DNA of 64,000 bases from assembly GCF_001194135.2 (NCBI RefSeq), contig NC_068982.1, positions 129,085,663-129,149,662 of the forward strand, read 5' to 3'. The notes beneath the pieces are model-generated. The model was not told the origin of the DNA. It saw only the letters and a program-made list of their open reading frames with translations, and did not search any database. Of the stretch, positions 12,683-27,984 are shown in pieces (positions within the stretch are counted from its first letter, which is position 1; the number at the start of each line of letters is the position of its first letter). A program made the translations under genes and the position numbers. This DNA comes from Octopus bimaculoides (lineage: Eukaryota).

Positions 12683-14989
12683 TATATGTGTGTGTGTCTT
12701 TGTCACTCACTACTTCTTGACAACTGGTTTTAGTGTATTTACATCTCCTAACTTAGCAGTTTAGCAAAACAGACTGATAGAAAAAATACCAGGCTTAAAA
12801 ATTAAGTACTGGGGCTGATTTGTTCAACAAAAATCCTTCAAAGCAGAGCCCCAGCATGGCCATTGTCTAATGACTGAAACAAGTAAAAGATAAAATATAC
12901 ATAACAGGCTCTCATATAATCTCTCTCAACCAAATTCACCCACAAGGCACTGGTCGACCCAAGGATATATTAGAGGACACTTGCCCAAGATGCCACACAG
13001 CAGGACAAAGCAAGTTTCTTAACCATACAGCCAAACTTGCACCTATAAATATAAATATTCAGGACTTTTTGGATCATACTATATACAATGGGCTGAACTA
13101 CAATTAGTGTTTCACCAAATGAGTCACTGTCATGTTATAATTAATGTTAGGATTAACATTACATTAATCAGTTACCTTTTTGTTATGAGCCTATTCAAGC
13201 AGACTTTTGACATAAAGGTAGGTGATTAAATGTAACTTTATCCAACTTCTATAATAAAAGGAACACTGTTACAAAATGCATTAGAAATGATGAAGGAAGA
13301 AGTTATGAATACACATACAAGTATACACAAACATACTTGAACATATACAAACATAAAAACAGTGAATTCATTGTTATTTGAAGTATAGAATTCACATCAG
13401 TCTATATGAGACTCTGTAACACTGTCTATGCACTAACTAACTGTATAGTATTGGATGTTTGCTCCTTTCCTACCATGCTTCACCTCTAATTCCATTCTGC
13501 ACATACCTACACATATACAAGCACACAGACCCACCACCACCACCGCATCACTAAATATGAGCTAATGAGGGAGGCATATACGTGGTTGTTACCTCAGTAA
13601 AAATAGCAGCTAAATCCGTTTCAAATCATACCCTGCCTATTTTTTTCTTGGAAAAAGGACACATAGGAGAATGTAATCTTAGACAGAATGGGCATGGCTG
13701 GAATGCCTTTTGATCACAAATCTGCTCAATCAGGGTTAACCTGATTCAGAGTTAAGCTATAGACAGCAACATCACAAAATTTTCCCAAATCACACCTGCC
13801 ATCTTAGATAAAATGAAAGGAATGCTTATGAGAGTAAGAAGCTCACTTTGCAACCATGTGACTATACAGGGTGTCCACAAGGTCTGGGTATATGGAGTAA
13901 ATAAAATCATAACATAAACAATTAAATGTAAGAAATAATAATTTCTTAAAGCATGTGTTAATCCCCATGTAATGGGAGAGTAGTGTGTAGTGTCGGAAAG
14001 AAACAGGGAATGCTAAGCTAAGAGGAGTTAGTATAGGTATGAGTTAAGGCACTTGTGAACATGACAGGTGGAATGAATGGAGTAGGAAACTCAATATTCC
14101 CAGACTGTTATTCTGCTCTTCATTTAATAAATCATACTTAGTATGTACCCAGTGTGAATATTAAACTTTTGCCTGTCCAAACCACTTTCATAAGTTTATC
14201 CTAAATGTCCATGCTTGTTTCCAGAATTTTAGTTAGCCCTTGTTTTGCATGTTTTAGGTGATATAATGCTTTCCTTTTGTAAGTCACAAGTTACCTAGTG
14301 GCTTTGGTGGATGAAAGAAGTGGGAATGTGTATTATATATGATGCTTGGACACCAGAGAAATATGTCCTGTGTATTACATGTGATACACAGGACAGGCAA
14401 AGGGTTAACTAGGTGGAGACATGCTATTTCTGGGGCATTGGATGTGTGGACCATACTCTGCCAATGTCCCATGATCACCAGCACCACCACTTCAAAAAAA
14501 ATATATATATATATTCACAGCTAGTGAGTGAGGGAAGCTCTTTGTGGTTACTTAACCTTGTAGAAATAGAAACTAAATCTCCTTCAAAACTTTACCTAAC
14601 AGTGGTGTGAGATCCTGTGTTGGGGGCAAAACAGAAAAACAGACATAAAACAATAATGGTGACAATGATGATGGAGATGGTGATGATGCAACAAGTTTAA
14701 TGGTCCTTCATAAAAATTATTGTTTTTTAAGTGCTTAGCATCCCCACATATACACTTCTAATTGCAATAGTAACATGAGTAATTTGTATCAGGCAGAAGT
14801 TAACAGAACAACAATGAACTCTATATTCCATAAAATTTTAAATGTACAATGATGACTTAAAAACGACATAATTTTAACTTGAATTAAAACATTTAAATAC
14901 AAAGAAACAGGGAAAAAGAGAGATAAGAAAGAAAAGAAAAAAGGGGTGGAGGCAAAGCAGCATAAGATGGAGGAGGAGGAGGAGGGCTA

Positions 14990-15215
14990 TGGTCCACATG
15001 CCCCAGAATAAATGGTGTTTTCAGCTGTGTCCCTCGGTAATGACCACAATGGTGTTACTGCAGAGACAGACCAATGACATTCACTGCAACAGCCACTCCA
15101 CCTCGCAGGGCACATTCCTCAGACAAGCTGCAATCATCCCTATTTTGCAGAGAAAATTGGTAGTATGGGGTTTGAGAACACCTAAGGTCTCAACAGGGAT
15201 CAGCACAAAGCTGGT
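14990..15215 (-). mobile_element. Highly decayed 3' end of a similar RLE-type LINE
   Basis: Translation PVETLGVL...FLCKIG...WLLQ*MSLVCLCSN resembles the same C-terminal block. Confidence 0.45.
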
Positions 15216-18200
15216 CAGGCTCATGTGTTTATTGATTTTGTATGATGACTTGGTTTACTTAAAAGAATAAATATAATGGATTTGGAAGAGTAATATTTTG
15301 AGTTTGAATCCAGCCAAATTTGGAGAATAAGTAAAAAAAAAAAAGCTGTTGTTCCACAGTTTTTTCATCAACCAAATTTTGTGGATTGGCCAAACTGAGG
15401 TTATGATAGTCGATACTTGTCCAAGGTGCCACGCAGCAGGATTGAACTTGGAACTATGTGACTGTGAGATGAATTTCTTACCAACACAACCATGCCATTT
15501 CTAGTACTAAAAGACATGGGAACACAGAAAACAATTAGACAACCAGCTAGTTCTATGCTGATAAACAATTCAATACTTCCACATTTGTCTATGAGACCTA
15601 TGACCAAAGATATTCTAACTGTGACCATCTTGTCTATTTTTTATTTTATTATCACCCAAAGCATTTAGTGAGACCTTTGTTTAGTTTCTTTTATAAATTG
15701 TAGGGTGTCATTTGAGGGAGATTTAGCTGCTATTCCAAGCAGGTTAAGCAGTTGCACAATATGCTGAGATTTGGATTGAATACTAAGCATTAAATTGGCC
15801 ACAATCTAATGCAAAGTATGTAACATTGTGGGTTAATATAGCTGTATAGCAACAACCGTATATGTAAACACAAAATTTGTAAACTTATTCAGACTATTCA
15901 AGCACAAAACAACCAATATAAAATTAAATGGTTTTGTTGATTGATATTTTTCCAACCACAAACTTTAAACAATGAATCACTTCATGAAATTCAATACTAA
16001 TTAATAAATTCTTTTAAAATGGCACACTATGAAAAAGTTTTAATAACAAAATTCATACAATATCAAGTTTTTGTAGTGTTGAAATATTGAAGATACTTCC
16101 TTCTAGATATATAAAATAACCTTTTATTGAATACAAGGAAATCTGGTGCCACAATAACATCCACTTAGTACATTCTGCAAAATATTTGTCAAATGAGCAG
16201 AGACAACAGGATTAAAAGGCCCCTTTAGTCTTATCTTGTCAAAGATGTGGCAACCTTTTTAGGGATTATGCTAAGATAAAATGCACCCAGTACACTCTGC
16301 AAAGTGTTTGATGTTAGTAAGAGCATTCAGCTGTAGAAACCATACCAAAATAAAAAGTATGAGATGCAGTTCCGCTGATCTAAGAGCAGTAACTAAAAAA
16401 ATTCTGCCAGCATGGAAAATGAACATGAAATAATCCTTTCGACTATAAATGCTAAGCATTTTGTCCAGTGTGCTAATGGTTCTGCCAGCTCACTACCTTA
16501 ATGAATGTTAAATAATGATGAACGACGATGTTATTAGAAGACACATTCAGTACATAACTACAGACAATAGCTTTTATTGTCCATAGTTTGATATTTTTCA
16601 GTTGCTTCAAAGACCAGCTAAATCATATGACAAATGGTAGATTGTGTTAATGTTCATATTCAAACAATAAGCAGATTCATTCATATATTTCAAATAAGCC
16701 AATTTATCTTTTGTTCAGCTGTTTTGTAGAATATACTCACAGCTTTAGAATTAAATTTTGCTGTAACATAATGACATATAATTGCAACACAATTTAAGGC
16801 TGTGGTTAAGTTTACTAATGGTCATTTCATACTATAGAGGTTGTATTCTAAATATTCTCTCTTTGGAATAGTATAGAAGAGAAAATTGATAAAATATTTA
16901 AATATCTTTAAAGAGGACTTCTTCCAGCTATAGGCTCCACCTATCTCTCACTTCGATTTTAGCTTGTATTTGGTCCTTTGACAAGCTAGAAGCAGCAACC
17001 AAACTACCCTTATATCACATCTTAACACATTAAACAAGGAAATACACAATGGATAATATATTCCTTGATAAACTATCTGAATAAAATAATATGTAATGGT
17101 CATGGCTGGAATGCTTTGATCATAAATCTACTGCATCACAGTTGATCTTAGACTAATACCTCCATACCACTACATCTCTCAAATCAAAAGCTTTCAGTAG
17201 AAATTGTTAGTGTGTGCCAATGTAGCTCTCTTTTCACTCTCTCTAATTCATATTATAACAACTAAAATGAGCTTGAAAATGTGATTAAGATGAATGTAGT
17301 TAGTTGATCTAATTGCTAAATATATATTAACACAAATGATGTCGGTAAAAACTCTGTTGCGTTAGTATATGTTATATATTTGACTACCACTCAAAGTAAG
17401 GGATTTGTTAACAAGCTATTTTTTATCTACAAAAACTGAATTGTTCCTCAGCATAACACCAGCTGGTGATGTAGTTGTTTTCTGGTGTTCACATATGCTT
17501 TCGCATTGGAAATAAACACAGGCATGGCTAAGTTAAAAAGGAAGTTTACATCACAACCACATGGTTCTGGGTTCAGTCCCTCTGCCTGTAGAGTACCTTT
17601 GGCAAGTATCTTCTGTCATAACTTTGGATTGATCAATACTGTAAATGAAATTTAGTAGATGGAAACAGATCAGAACTTGTCATGTATGTATGGTGAGTTC
17701 TATACAGTTTCCTCTTAATCAGTCATTATAAAAATAATATTAAAATTCAGGGCAGCTTTCTTTAGAAGAATTAATACATCATTTACCTATAGTTTAAAGT
17801 AAATAAAGTTGAAGTGGTACCAGATTAATATCATATGTTTGATATAACGTGAAAGACAAAGAATGTAGAAGCAAACTGCAGTAGAAAATGTTGCATATGA
17901 TAGAAGAAATGCAGATTAGTGGCTGAAAAAAAGATAGCATGAGACTGATTCATCCAACCTACACAACTATAGGAAGCTAAAACAGAAATACTTCTAATTG
18001 TTATCTGTAAACAATCCCACAAGTCACTCTATTTATGAACCAAAATAATGGTTTTTAATAGATTAATGGATAGATTTTTTTTTCTTTCATATCATGTGTT
18101 TTGCATGCAATCATGTCATTGGTTAAAAAATTTCCAGTAGGCTAATCGCATGTTAACTGGAGTTCCAGTGCCAAGAGTGACAAGGAAGAAGTATAGAAGT

Positions 18201-18402
18201 ATCTGTGTAACTCTGGTTGAATAAACGCTGCTTAGTATTTTTTTTGAACGCACCAGTTTATTAGTTTGCTTTCTGATGCTTGCATTTTTTTTGTCAATAT
18301 GCATTGTCAAACAACACATACCCACACACACACACACACCAGAAACAGCTGTAAGTTAATGAAGTTCGTAAGAAAATTGATTATTCCTTTGTCTTCTCAT
18401 TT

Positions 18403-18448
<46 letters not shown>

Positions 18449-21400
18449 TAAAACAATAGGGTAAAAAATTGGATATTAATTAATATCAATTTGATACCAG
18501 GGAACAAGCACATGAATACTTACAAACACACACATTATATGTTCCACAGTTTTCCTTTTCTAAACGACACTCATAAGGCACTAATCAACCCATGTCTAAC
18601 TAATACAGGTATAATCAAAAGCTCTACCTAGAAATATTAAATGTCTATTGAAATTTTGAATTCTGTATTGGCATGTTAATTGGTATTCACTTTGTTATAA
18701 TATTCACTATTGGTACATAGTAAATATTTAACATTTTTTATCAATATTAAAAATTCAATAACAATCTATTGAAAGGAATAGATATAGTAAAATTATTTTG
18801 CATAATGTGTTAGTGTATCTGTTTTTAAGTAAGCAACTGATTATAGATTATTAGTTATGACTTTCATTAAGCAATACTGCAATTAAAAGATGGAAATCAT
18901 CTATATTAAAGAAGGCAGGATATTTAATTATGTGCTGCTATTTCTGCTAAAGCATACAAGAATAGCATACATTGATCAAGCTCATAACCAGCTCTTCAAG
19001 GTTTTGTTTACCATTTATTTGTAATTATTTAAAAACTATCCAGTTTATATTTATGCAACATAGATAATAACAACAAAGACTGGTCGGTTTTCTTTGATGT
19101 TGTATATGTCAGATGATGAAAGACAGTGATGAGCAGCAAGATGTTGTGTTTCAACAGACCTGTCCAACCCATGTCAACATGGAAAAACAAATGTAGAACA
19201 ATCATGAAGATATATCAGTGGTTACAAAAGAATTCAGTATCGTTATCCCTTGTAATGATTGAATATAATTAGAATATTTTATAAACTTTTCTTGTCAATG
19301 ATATTATTGAACTTACCAGTGTAGTTACTATTAGAGAACATTTTAAACTGCACAGGAAAATATTTTGATAAAAAATGAACCCTTTAAAATTTTAGCTCTG
19401 TTTTATCAACCATATCATAATAATTGACCAAGATGCTCAGCCATCATGTGTTCCATTCCCTCATTTGTAATATCCAATAAATGAATATGAACTATTACTT
19501 AGATATATGTACAAGCATCCCTGCCTATATAAAAACTATTTCAGTTATGTCATGAGTATCCTTCAAAATTTCCATACACCAATACAAATTTGAAACTGTT
19601 ATGCCTGTGTAAGGCATCAGTATTACTTCCCTCAACCATTTTTTTTATCTTCTCTCTACTAATATCAAATACTACATTTAAACAACTCTTTCTAATAACC
19701 AAGAACAAAGCCCAGTCATTCTCAATTCTCTGCCCCTCTACTCTTTCTATCCACCTTCTTGTACCTTAACAGTATACCCTGATATCTCATTTCTAATATC
19801 ATTTCTCCCTTTTCTGCTGAGGTACTCATTTATCACCTCAACAGTAAGACACGTGTTCCTGTCTCTCTTTCCTACTTTAGCCTCTCTGTATCTGGCAATA
19901 AGCCATCTCCCTCAATACTGCACCCCAACACTGTAAAGGGCTTTTGTTGTACATGTTACTTGGGGATTTCATTAGTTGTTGTGTAATCATAGAATATAGA
20001 GAAACCATAGACATCACATAGGGATCACCAATATATAAAATATAGTTAAGATAGATGACGACAGTAAATTATGTATCATATTTCCTTTTTAGTTTCTATG
20101 TACCACAAGAAAGATAGATCTATTTGTAATCATCATCAGCATCATCATCATCGTTTAACGTCCGCTTTCCATGCTAGCATGGGTTAGACGATTTGACTGA
20201 GGACTGGTGAAACCCGATGGCTATACCAGGCTCCAATCTGATTTGGCAGAGTTTCTACAGCTGGATGCCCTTCCTAATGCCAACCACTCCGAGAGTGTAA
20301 TGGGTGTAGTACTATAAATCACTAATTCATACAGTGAAAAGTAACAATGTTCTATTACAAAATTAATAGAATATATGGTTTGAGTTAAATATATGGTAGA
20401 AATAGCATTATACATGCTCTTGGAATAAAGTTCTTTTTGTTATGTGTGTTGTGGTTAGAGAAAGCTTTGTTAAAATTGAAAAACCAAATGATATTCATAG
20501 TTTGTAACCTGGCGGAGTAGAGATACAACAATTTTATGTCTCAGTCAGCTATAAAAAACTTGCAAGGGCTAACTAAAACAAGAGCTGTGTTCACCAATTA
20601 CTACTCTTGTTGGGGTACTAGTTGAAAAGTGAAAGAGAGAGCACAGAGAAATGAACAGGCAGGCTGAGTTCTGGCTTCAATAGCAAGTATTTGGCAAAGA
20701 GCTGTTGTACTCTCATTAGTCCAAATAAACCAATGCAAAATGGTAATATTATAAAACTTTGTCTAGTTGCATGAGGGTTACCTCATATCATCTAGTTATA
20801 TTAACCATCTGACAATATTTCAATTAGATATTTTATTAAAGAGCTTTAGTGTATAATCAGACCAAAAGTATTAGAAATTAGAAAAAAAAAAAAAGGATGA
20901 AACATTGATGAGATGATGAAAAAAAAAACAAAAAAAAAAACAATGAAATCTGTTGAACAGTGAAGTTTATTAATGATGAAAAACAAACAATTTTTATTGT
21001 TTAATTCTGTTTTCTTTTTTATTTTTTAACATGCATTTACAGTAGAAGCTGTAATGTTTAATTTTTGTAAATCATATTAATGAAGGACAAAATGTCAATG
21101 ATTAAACACAGCCATAAAAAAAAATGAGATATACACAGCCTTGTTTGACAAGTATTTATATATTTTTTTTGTTAATTTTTTTTTTAATTGTCAGAGGAAA
21201 ATATATTTTTGATAAACAGTAAGTAAAAAAATAGATTCTACTTATATAGGATATGTCAATATTTCAAACTTCAGAGTGAAATATGCTGAAGATATTTCAA
21301 AGTTTCAAAAGAAAAGTAAAACAGATCAGAAAAATAAGAGAGAAAGAGTGGTACCAGCTAAACTGACACATGAAAATTATTGTGAAGTTTTAGAATAGTT

Positions 21401-24400
21401 AACATTATATATATGTATATATATATATATATTATTCATACTTTATGAGATCAATATTTAAGAAGACACGGTTGCAACTTCACATTCGTTATTGTGTTGG
21501 TTTAGCTTGGATTTGCTCTACTACATTAGTTGTGTGTTACACTTCTAATTAATAAAGTGCTCAGAACAATACTTTAGGAACAATGGTAAACATTGTAAAG
21601 CAAAAGTAAAAACTCTTATTTTTCTATTTGCTTTAGGTTCTTAATGTTATTGATAGGTTATACGAATACATAGTTTAGTAGGCACTTAATTTATCAATTT
21701 ATATTACTGAACTACTGCAAAATCAGGGGACATAAAGGAACATAAACATAAACGACACCAGTTTTAGACCACAAACATAAACACAACACAGACACATATA
21801 TATATAGAGAGAGAGTAAGAGACATTATTATGGGTTTATTGAGTTCCAATGATGTAAAAAAGTATTCAGTACTGTTAAGAAGAGTTGAATAATATTTGTT
21901 GAAGGTATGAGTCATTATTCAGAGTTTCTCATTACCATTTTACATACAACTATGCAGAAGCCTTCAGACGGACACACACACACATCTATATATGTATGTT
22001 TATGGCTTTAGGTAAGGTTTATATAATGTAATGGTTTCATAAATGGCTTGTAAGAGGAGTTTCTTAGCTTCAAAACTATGTTGAGAAATTGACTACTAAC
22101 AGTAAACAAGAAACCCAAGTTCTTACAGAAACTGTCTATGTTCTTTCTAAACCTGTCTCTATAGTGAAGCCTGAAACTGCAAAGAGTAGTCCATTATTTC
22201 TATATAAGCCACCAATGATGAAAGTCAATTTATCATACAGAACCTTAAGAATGTATGATCTGACAATCTTGCTAATTTCAGTAGTCTCAAACTTTCTACA
22301 GGTTATGCTTACTTTGAAAGGCTTGGTGTTGTTTTTCTTGATCCATGAAACATTGTTGTAGAAGATGAAGATTATATCAATTTTTGATATTTTGATTTCT
22401 GATACTTTTATTTAGGGTATTTATTTGTCATAGCATAGTTCAGTTATAGGTTCTTTTCAAGTAAGATATTTGGAAAGAAAACATTTTACAGATTTAAATC
22501 AATACTTGTGAACAGTTTTAGTATCATCATCATCATCATCATCATCGTTTAACGTCCGCTTTCCATGCTAGCATGGGTTGGACGATTTGACTGAGGACTG
22601 GTGAAACCGGATGGCAACACCAGGCTCCAATCTAATTTGGCAGAGTTTCTACAGCTGGATGCCCTTCGTAACGCCAACCACTCAGAGAGTGTAGTGGGTG
22701 CTTGTACGTGTCATTGGGCGATTATTCACACACATGCACACATACACATATATGAAGGCACATAGCCTAATAATTATTGTGTTGCACTCATGGTCACAAG
22801 GTCATGGTTTCGATTCCCAGATCAGCTGCATGTTGTGTTCTTGAGCAAAACACTTCATTTCACATTGCTCCGCTGTAAATATGTAATCTGGCAACAGACT
22901 GACATTCTACTGAGAGGCTTGGGGTGTATGGGGACCCTATTAGACACCAGATTCCTTGTCACAGCTTGTCTAAAGGAATGCAAAACACCATGTTTTGCTG
23001 CATTTGTGGGGAAAGTATTGAGTTAAACTCAACACCATCTGATGGATCGTTATAAGGTATGGAAGACAAGCTGGAATTGCTGAATATGTTCCAAAGGGAA
23101 CTATTTCAAAAGAAATTGAACATGAATATAAATAATAAATGAAATATATCATTTACTGATGTTCATGGTTCTATTTATATTCCTTAGTTTTTTGCAGCAT
23201 TCAGATACCACCTCATAAACATCATCATCATCACCACCACTCTTTTTATGCCTAATTTTCCATGCTGGCATGGGTTGGACAACATATCATGCTCTGACAT
23301 GAGAGAGAATAGTAACAGTTCTTATTTACTGTTATTTCCCTCCTAAAGTGACGAGGAACCATACCTCATTGATATCCTTTAATTTGGCTTGGTTTCAACA
23401 ATTAGATGCCCTTCTTATCACCAATTACTTTACAGAATGTACTGTGTGCATGGTACTAACACTAAAGAGGTTGCCTTATCCCAAACTAAACTATAAAGTG
23501 TCCTTTCTACTCTTCTTTGTTTCTGTACATTGGCACCAAAGAGGTTGTTTCATACCCCAAAATACAAAAGGGAGTTGCTGGTTCTCTGAATTATCTCCTC
23601 TAGTTCCTCCCATTCTTTCCCACAAAAATAGTTGTGTGGAAAGGAACAATCACATCATCGGTATCAGGAGATAGTTTGTGATTAAACTAAACAGTTCCCT
23701 TCACTCTGTATCAATCAAGCTCAAAGGATTAATGGAATTAGAGTGATGATATCTACCTCCAATGTTAACAAGAACAAACAGGTAAAAAAGATAATGAAAT
23801 GAGTGAGTTTATATTATTGTAATGTGTAAAACCTATGTGTATCATTATATTGCATTTATGTTATTGTACTTTACTCTGTGTGTATTATTGTATTATGTTT
23901 ATCATTATTTTATTTATGTATATTGTCATTGTGTGTGTGTGTGTCATCATCATCATCATTTAATGTCCGCTTTCCATGCTAGCATGGGTTGGATAATTTG
24001 ACTGAGAACTGGTGAACCAGGTGGCTACACCAGGCTTCAATCTTATTTGGCAGAGTTTCTACAGCTGGATGCCCTTCCTAATGCCAACCACTCCAAGAGT
24101 GTAGTGGGTGTTTTTACATGCCACCGGTACGAAGGCCAGTCAGGCAGTACTGGCAATGGCCACGCTTAAAATGGTGTATTTTACGTGCCACCTGCACAGG
24201 AGCCAGTCCAGCGGCACTGGCAATGATCTCGCTCGAATGTCTTTTCATGTGCCACTGGTACAAGTGCCAGGAAGGCGACACTGGTAATGATCACACTCAA
24301 ATGGAACTATTTACGTGCCACCGGCACGGAAGCCAGACAGCTGCTCTGGCAACAGGGAGATAGAGAAAGATTCATGCACACACAAGGCATCCTTCACATA

Positions 24401-25403
24401 ACTGAAACTCTGATTATTGAATTTCACATATGAAATTGTAAAGTATGATTATTAGTTTCAAGAGTCAGCATGTAATCCTTCCATGACAGATACTTAAGAA
24501 AATTTTAACAATTTTAGACCAAAACTCGCAGTACCTATACGCTCAAACCTCACTATCACATACACATTATTTTCTCCATGCTCCCACCTTGTCTGTGCAT
24601 GCACCAATTCAACTGACCTTGTTTTCATTGATCTCAACATGCTTGCCAACATCTACCTGCTCTCTCTTAGCACTCCCTCACTTTGCTTAAGTGTGCACCA
24701 ATTCAACTGATCTTAGCTTTACTACCAACTTTAATCTATTTTACTCTTTCACTCCTTCCATTTACTCACTAAAATTTTTGCATCTAAATTGAACAATGAA
24801 ATAATGTCAGTTATAATAATACAATTAATACATGATGGCAATGAAATTACCAGTGAGAATTAAAATACTTTTAGATATGGTAAAGATGATAAAAACTTCG
24901 CTATAATAATGTGACATTTTTCAATGACAGTAAACAGCCATGCTTGCCATGGTATTACTAATGTCAGCCTTTTGTACAGAAAGGGCCAGAATTTAATAAA
25001 TGTAGCTGTGTTTATCACTGATTCATTCATCACTGATCCAGGATAACATATGTTCAATTGTGAACCATGTTATATTTATCACAGCTTGATCTGTGATAAC
25101 ATGAGTTGGTGTTCAGTCAAAGATTTTACTTGTATCATAAAAATGTACCCCAATAACAAGGTTCTGCTACCCAGAATGCACTATCATTTGTGTTTACATG
25201 ACTGTGCTTAAGGTTGTGTATTTTTATATGGATTTACCTACTTGTATCCATCAAAATGGAACCAATGAACAGAAAAATTATTAAGACACCTGAACTTAAC
25301 AAACAGTGTAGATGGGTGTATTCTCTCAAGAAAGTACATAATGGTGAAGCTTTGTTGTTATGGGCCATGAGTTTGGTGTCAATAAATATACTTTTCATTC
25401 AGT

Positions 25404-25460
25404 TCACAAAGTGTGTGGTGATGATTCATTTACCACTGTAGTTTTTTCTGAACCATACAC
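25404..25460 (-). CDS. SESTD1: Putative SESTD1 terminal exon 17 ([18 protein letters not shown]) followed by 3'UTR-like sequence
   Basis: tttatcatag acceptor at phase 0 and TGA at 25404-25406; followed by unique non-repetitive sequence. No homology support. Confidence 0.6.
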   Translation of the reverse strand: MYGSEKTTVVNESSPHTL

Positions 25461-26374
25461 CTATGATAAATGAGGATAGATATAATTTCATACTCAAAAT
25501 TACGTCTTATTTCATATGGAAAAAACCCCAGAAAAAATGAAAAAAAGCTTAAATGTAAATATTATCATTATTGAAATGCTATCATAGTGAGAAGCAAATA
25601 AAACCTCTGTTCCTGAAATACTGCAATTATTAGAAAGAAATATAGCCATATGAGTTTCTATTAAAAGATGAAAAGTATTTGATAATGAAAATGTTTAAAT
25701 GGAATAAAATGAAACTTTTTACATTATATCCTCCCATACTAGTCTTTTATATCCTTCCATAGTAGTTAACTTTTCACAGTTGACTTCATAGTAGGTACAC
25801 TTACACAACCTGCATCAGTAAAGTTCATTGGGCACTTAATTTTTTCTTTTTATTTCTTTTTTGTTACTTTGAAGATGTGTAAACATTTTGAGTACATTTT
25901 GAACACCAATCACAATAAATCTTACTTTAACACTTTTTTATTCTATATATTATAATGTTAATAAGTCAGTGTGTTATATATGAAAGATATTTTTTCCAAG
26001 ATTTTATAACCCATAATTACTTGTACATATACATGTGAGCACTTTATATATTCAAATAAAAATTATATATATGTAATATTGATTTCAAATTTCAGCACAA
26101 GGCCAGCAATCTCATGGGCACAGATAAGTCGATTATGTTGACCTTAGTGCTCAACACTGAAAGGATGAATGGCAAAGTTAACTCCAGCAGCATTTGAACT
26201 TAGAACATAAAGTTGGAAGAAATGCCACTAAGCATTTTGTCTGGCATGGTAACAATTCTGCTAGCTTGCTGCCTTATATATATATTTAATATTAACATCC
26301 ATTTTTCCAGACTGCCTTTATTTGGATGTTTATATGGGTGTGTATTTTTAAACATATGCATATGTATGCACACA

Positions 26375-26412
<38 letters not shown>

Positions 26413-27571
26413 ATATATTAGAATTGGGGATGCCAGTTTATGGGATTACCTTAAATACCCCGTTCATAAATGGTTTAGCTTTATGGTGTATCGTCAGATC
26501 TCAAAAACTTGTTGGCCCATGACCTGTTAAAAATATGGAGTGGGGAAATGTCTCCATATTTTTAAGAGTTCAAAGGCCAACAGATTTTTGGGATCTGACA
26601 ATACACCATAAAGCTAAACCCTTTATGGACAAGAAAGCTAAGGTAATCGCATAAACTGGCCCTCCCCAGTTTTAATATATGCTGCTCTACATCTTAGAGT
26701 GTGCTTCTTCTTTCAGATTTATGTTTTTATAAATGATCTATATATATANNNNNNNNNNNNNNNNNNNNNNNNNNNNNNNNNNNNNNNNNNNNNNNNNNNN
26801 TAGTTTTTAGCAATTGTTCCTTTCTTTTTTTACTCTCCTCTTCTGTTATGTCTTATTCTCTCTCTATCTCACCCTCACTCCAATTCTCTCCCCATCTCTT
26901 TCCAACCCCCTTTTCTCACTCCAACCAATTACCTACTCTGCATGCATATCTAGTACCTTCAGTCATTCTCTTCTGTGTGAAATCTCTCATGGAATAAAAA
27001 TATAAAAAAATACATAACCCATTGCCCAAAACAGGCCTTTATCTGAAATGTCAGAAACTCATCTCACAAAAGCATACCAATTTAGAATAATTTCAATTGT
27101 ACTTTACAATGCATACATACATACATACAGACAGACAGACTGACAGACAGACACAGACAGAAACAGACAGACACAGACAGAAACAGGCAGACACAGACAA
27201 ACAGACAGACACAGACATATATATATCATGATCATCTTCATTGTTTTAATGTCTACTTTTCCATGCCTGTATGAGTTCAATCAGAATTCATTAAGGCAGA
27301 CTTTTCTATGGCTGGATACAATTCCTATCACCAACCCTCACTAATTTCCAAGCAAGGTAATACTTCCCAATGGATGGACATGCTTTCACTGATGATGGGA
27401 AATGAGGGACACTGCTTTGTATGATGGTGATGCTATTTATAATTAACATGTGATACCAAAACAAGGAAATACAAACAAAGACACACATATATACATATAT
27501 GATAGGTTTCTTTCAGTTTCCATCTACCAAATTCACTAACAAAGATTTGGTAGCCCAGGGATATATATATA

Positions 27572-27620
<49 letters not shown>

Positions 27621-27709
27621 GTATATTTATATATATGTGTGTGTGTGTATCTGAGTGTGCATATATATATATGTGTGTGTATATATATATAATTATGTGT
27701 ATACATATA

Positions 27710-27757
<48 letters not shown>

Positions 27758-27953
27758 TATTGGAAATGGATGCGTGGCACTCAATCATATAATAAAAAAA
27801 TAAAATATATATATAGGCATATATACATACATATATGTACATACTGACATATATATGTATATATATATATGCATATATGGGCACAGGACATCACAAAACG
27901 TAAACAACATGAAATACGAAATACGAAAAACATGAAATGTGTATATATATCTG

Positions 27954-27984
<31 letters not shown>

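Noticed and set aside
18340-18356. GAAACAGCTGTA (Penelope hammerhead 3' half)
   Set aside because: The upstream CUGANGA core is missing (replaced by a CA repeat); too short to support.
22089-22400. Coding exon of another gene (90-aa ORF on +; MDQEKQHQAFQ plus donor on -)
   Set aside because: No recognisable domain and no supportable partner exons.
25404-25420. C-terminal class I PDZ-binding motif (PHTL)
   Set aside because: Position -2 is His, not Ser/Thr.
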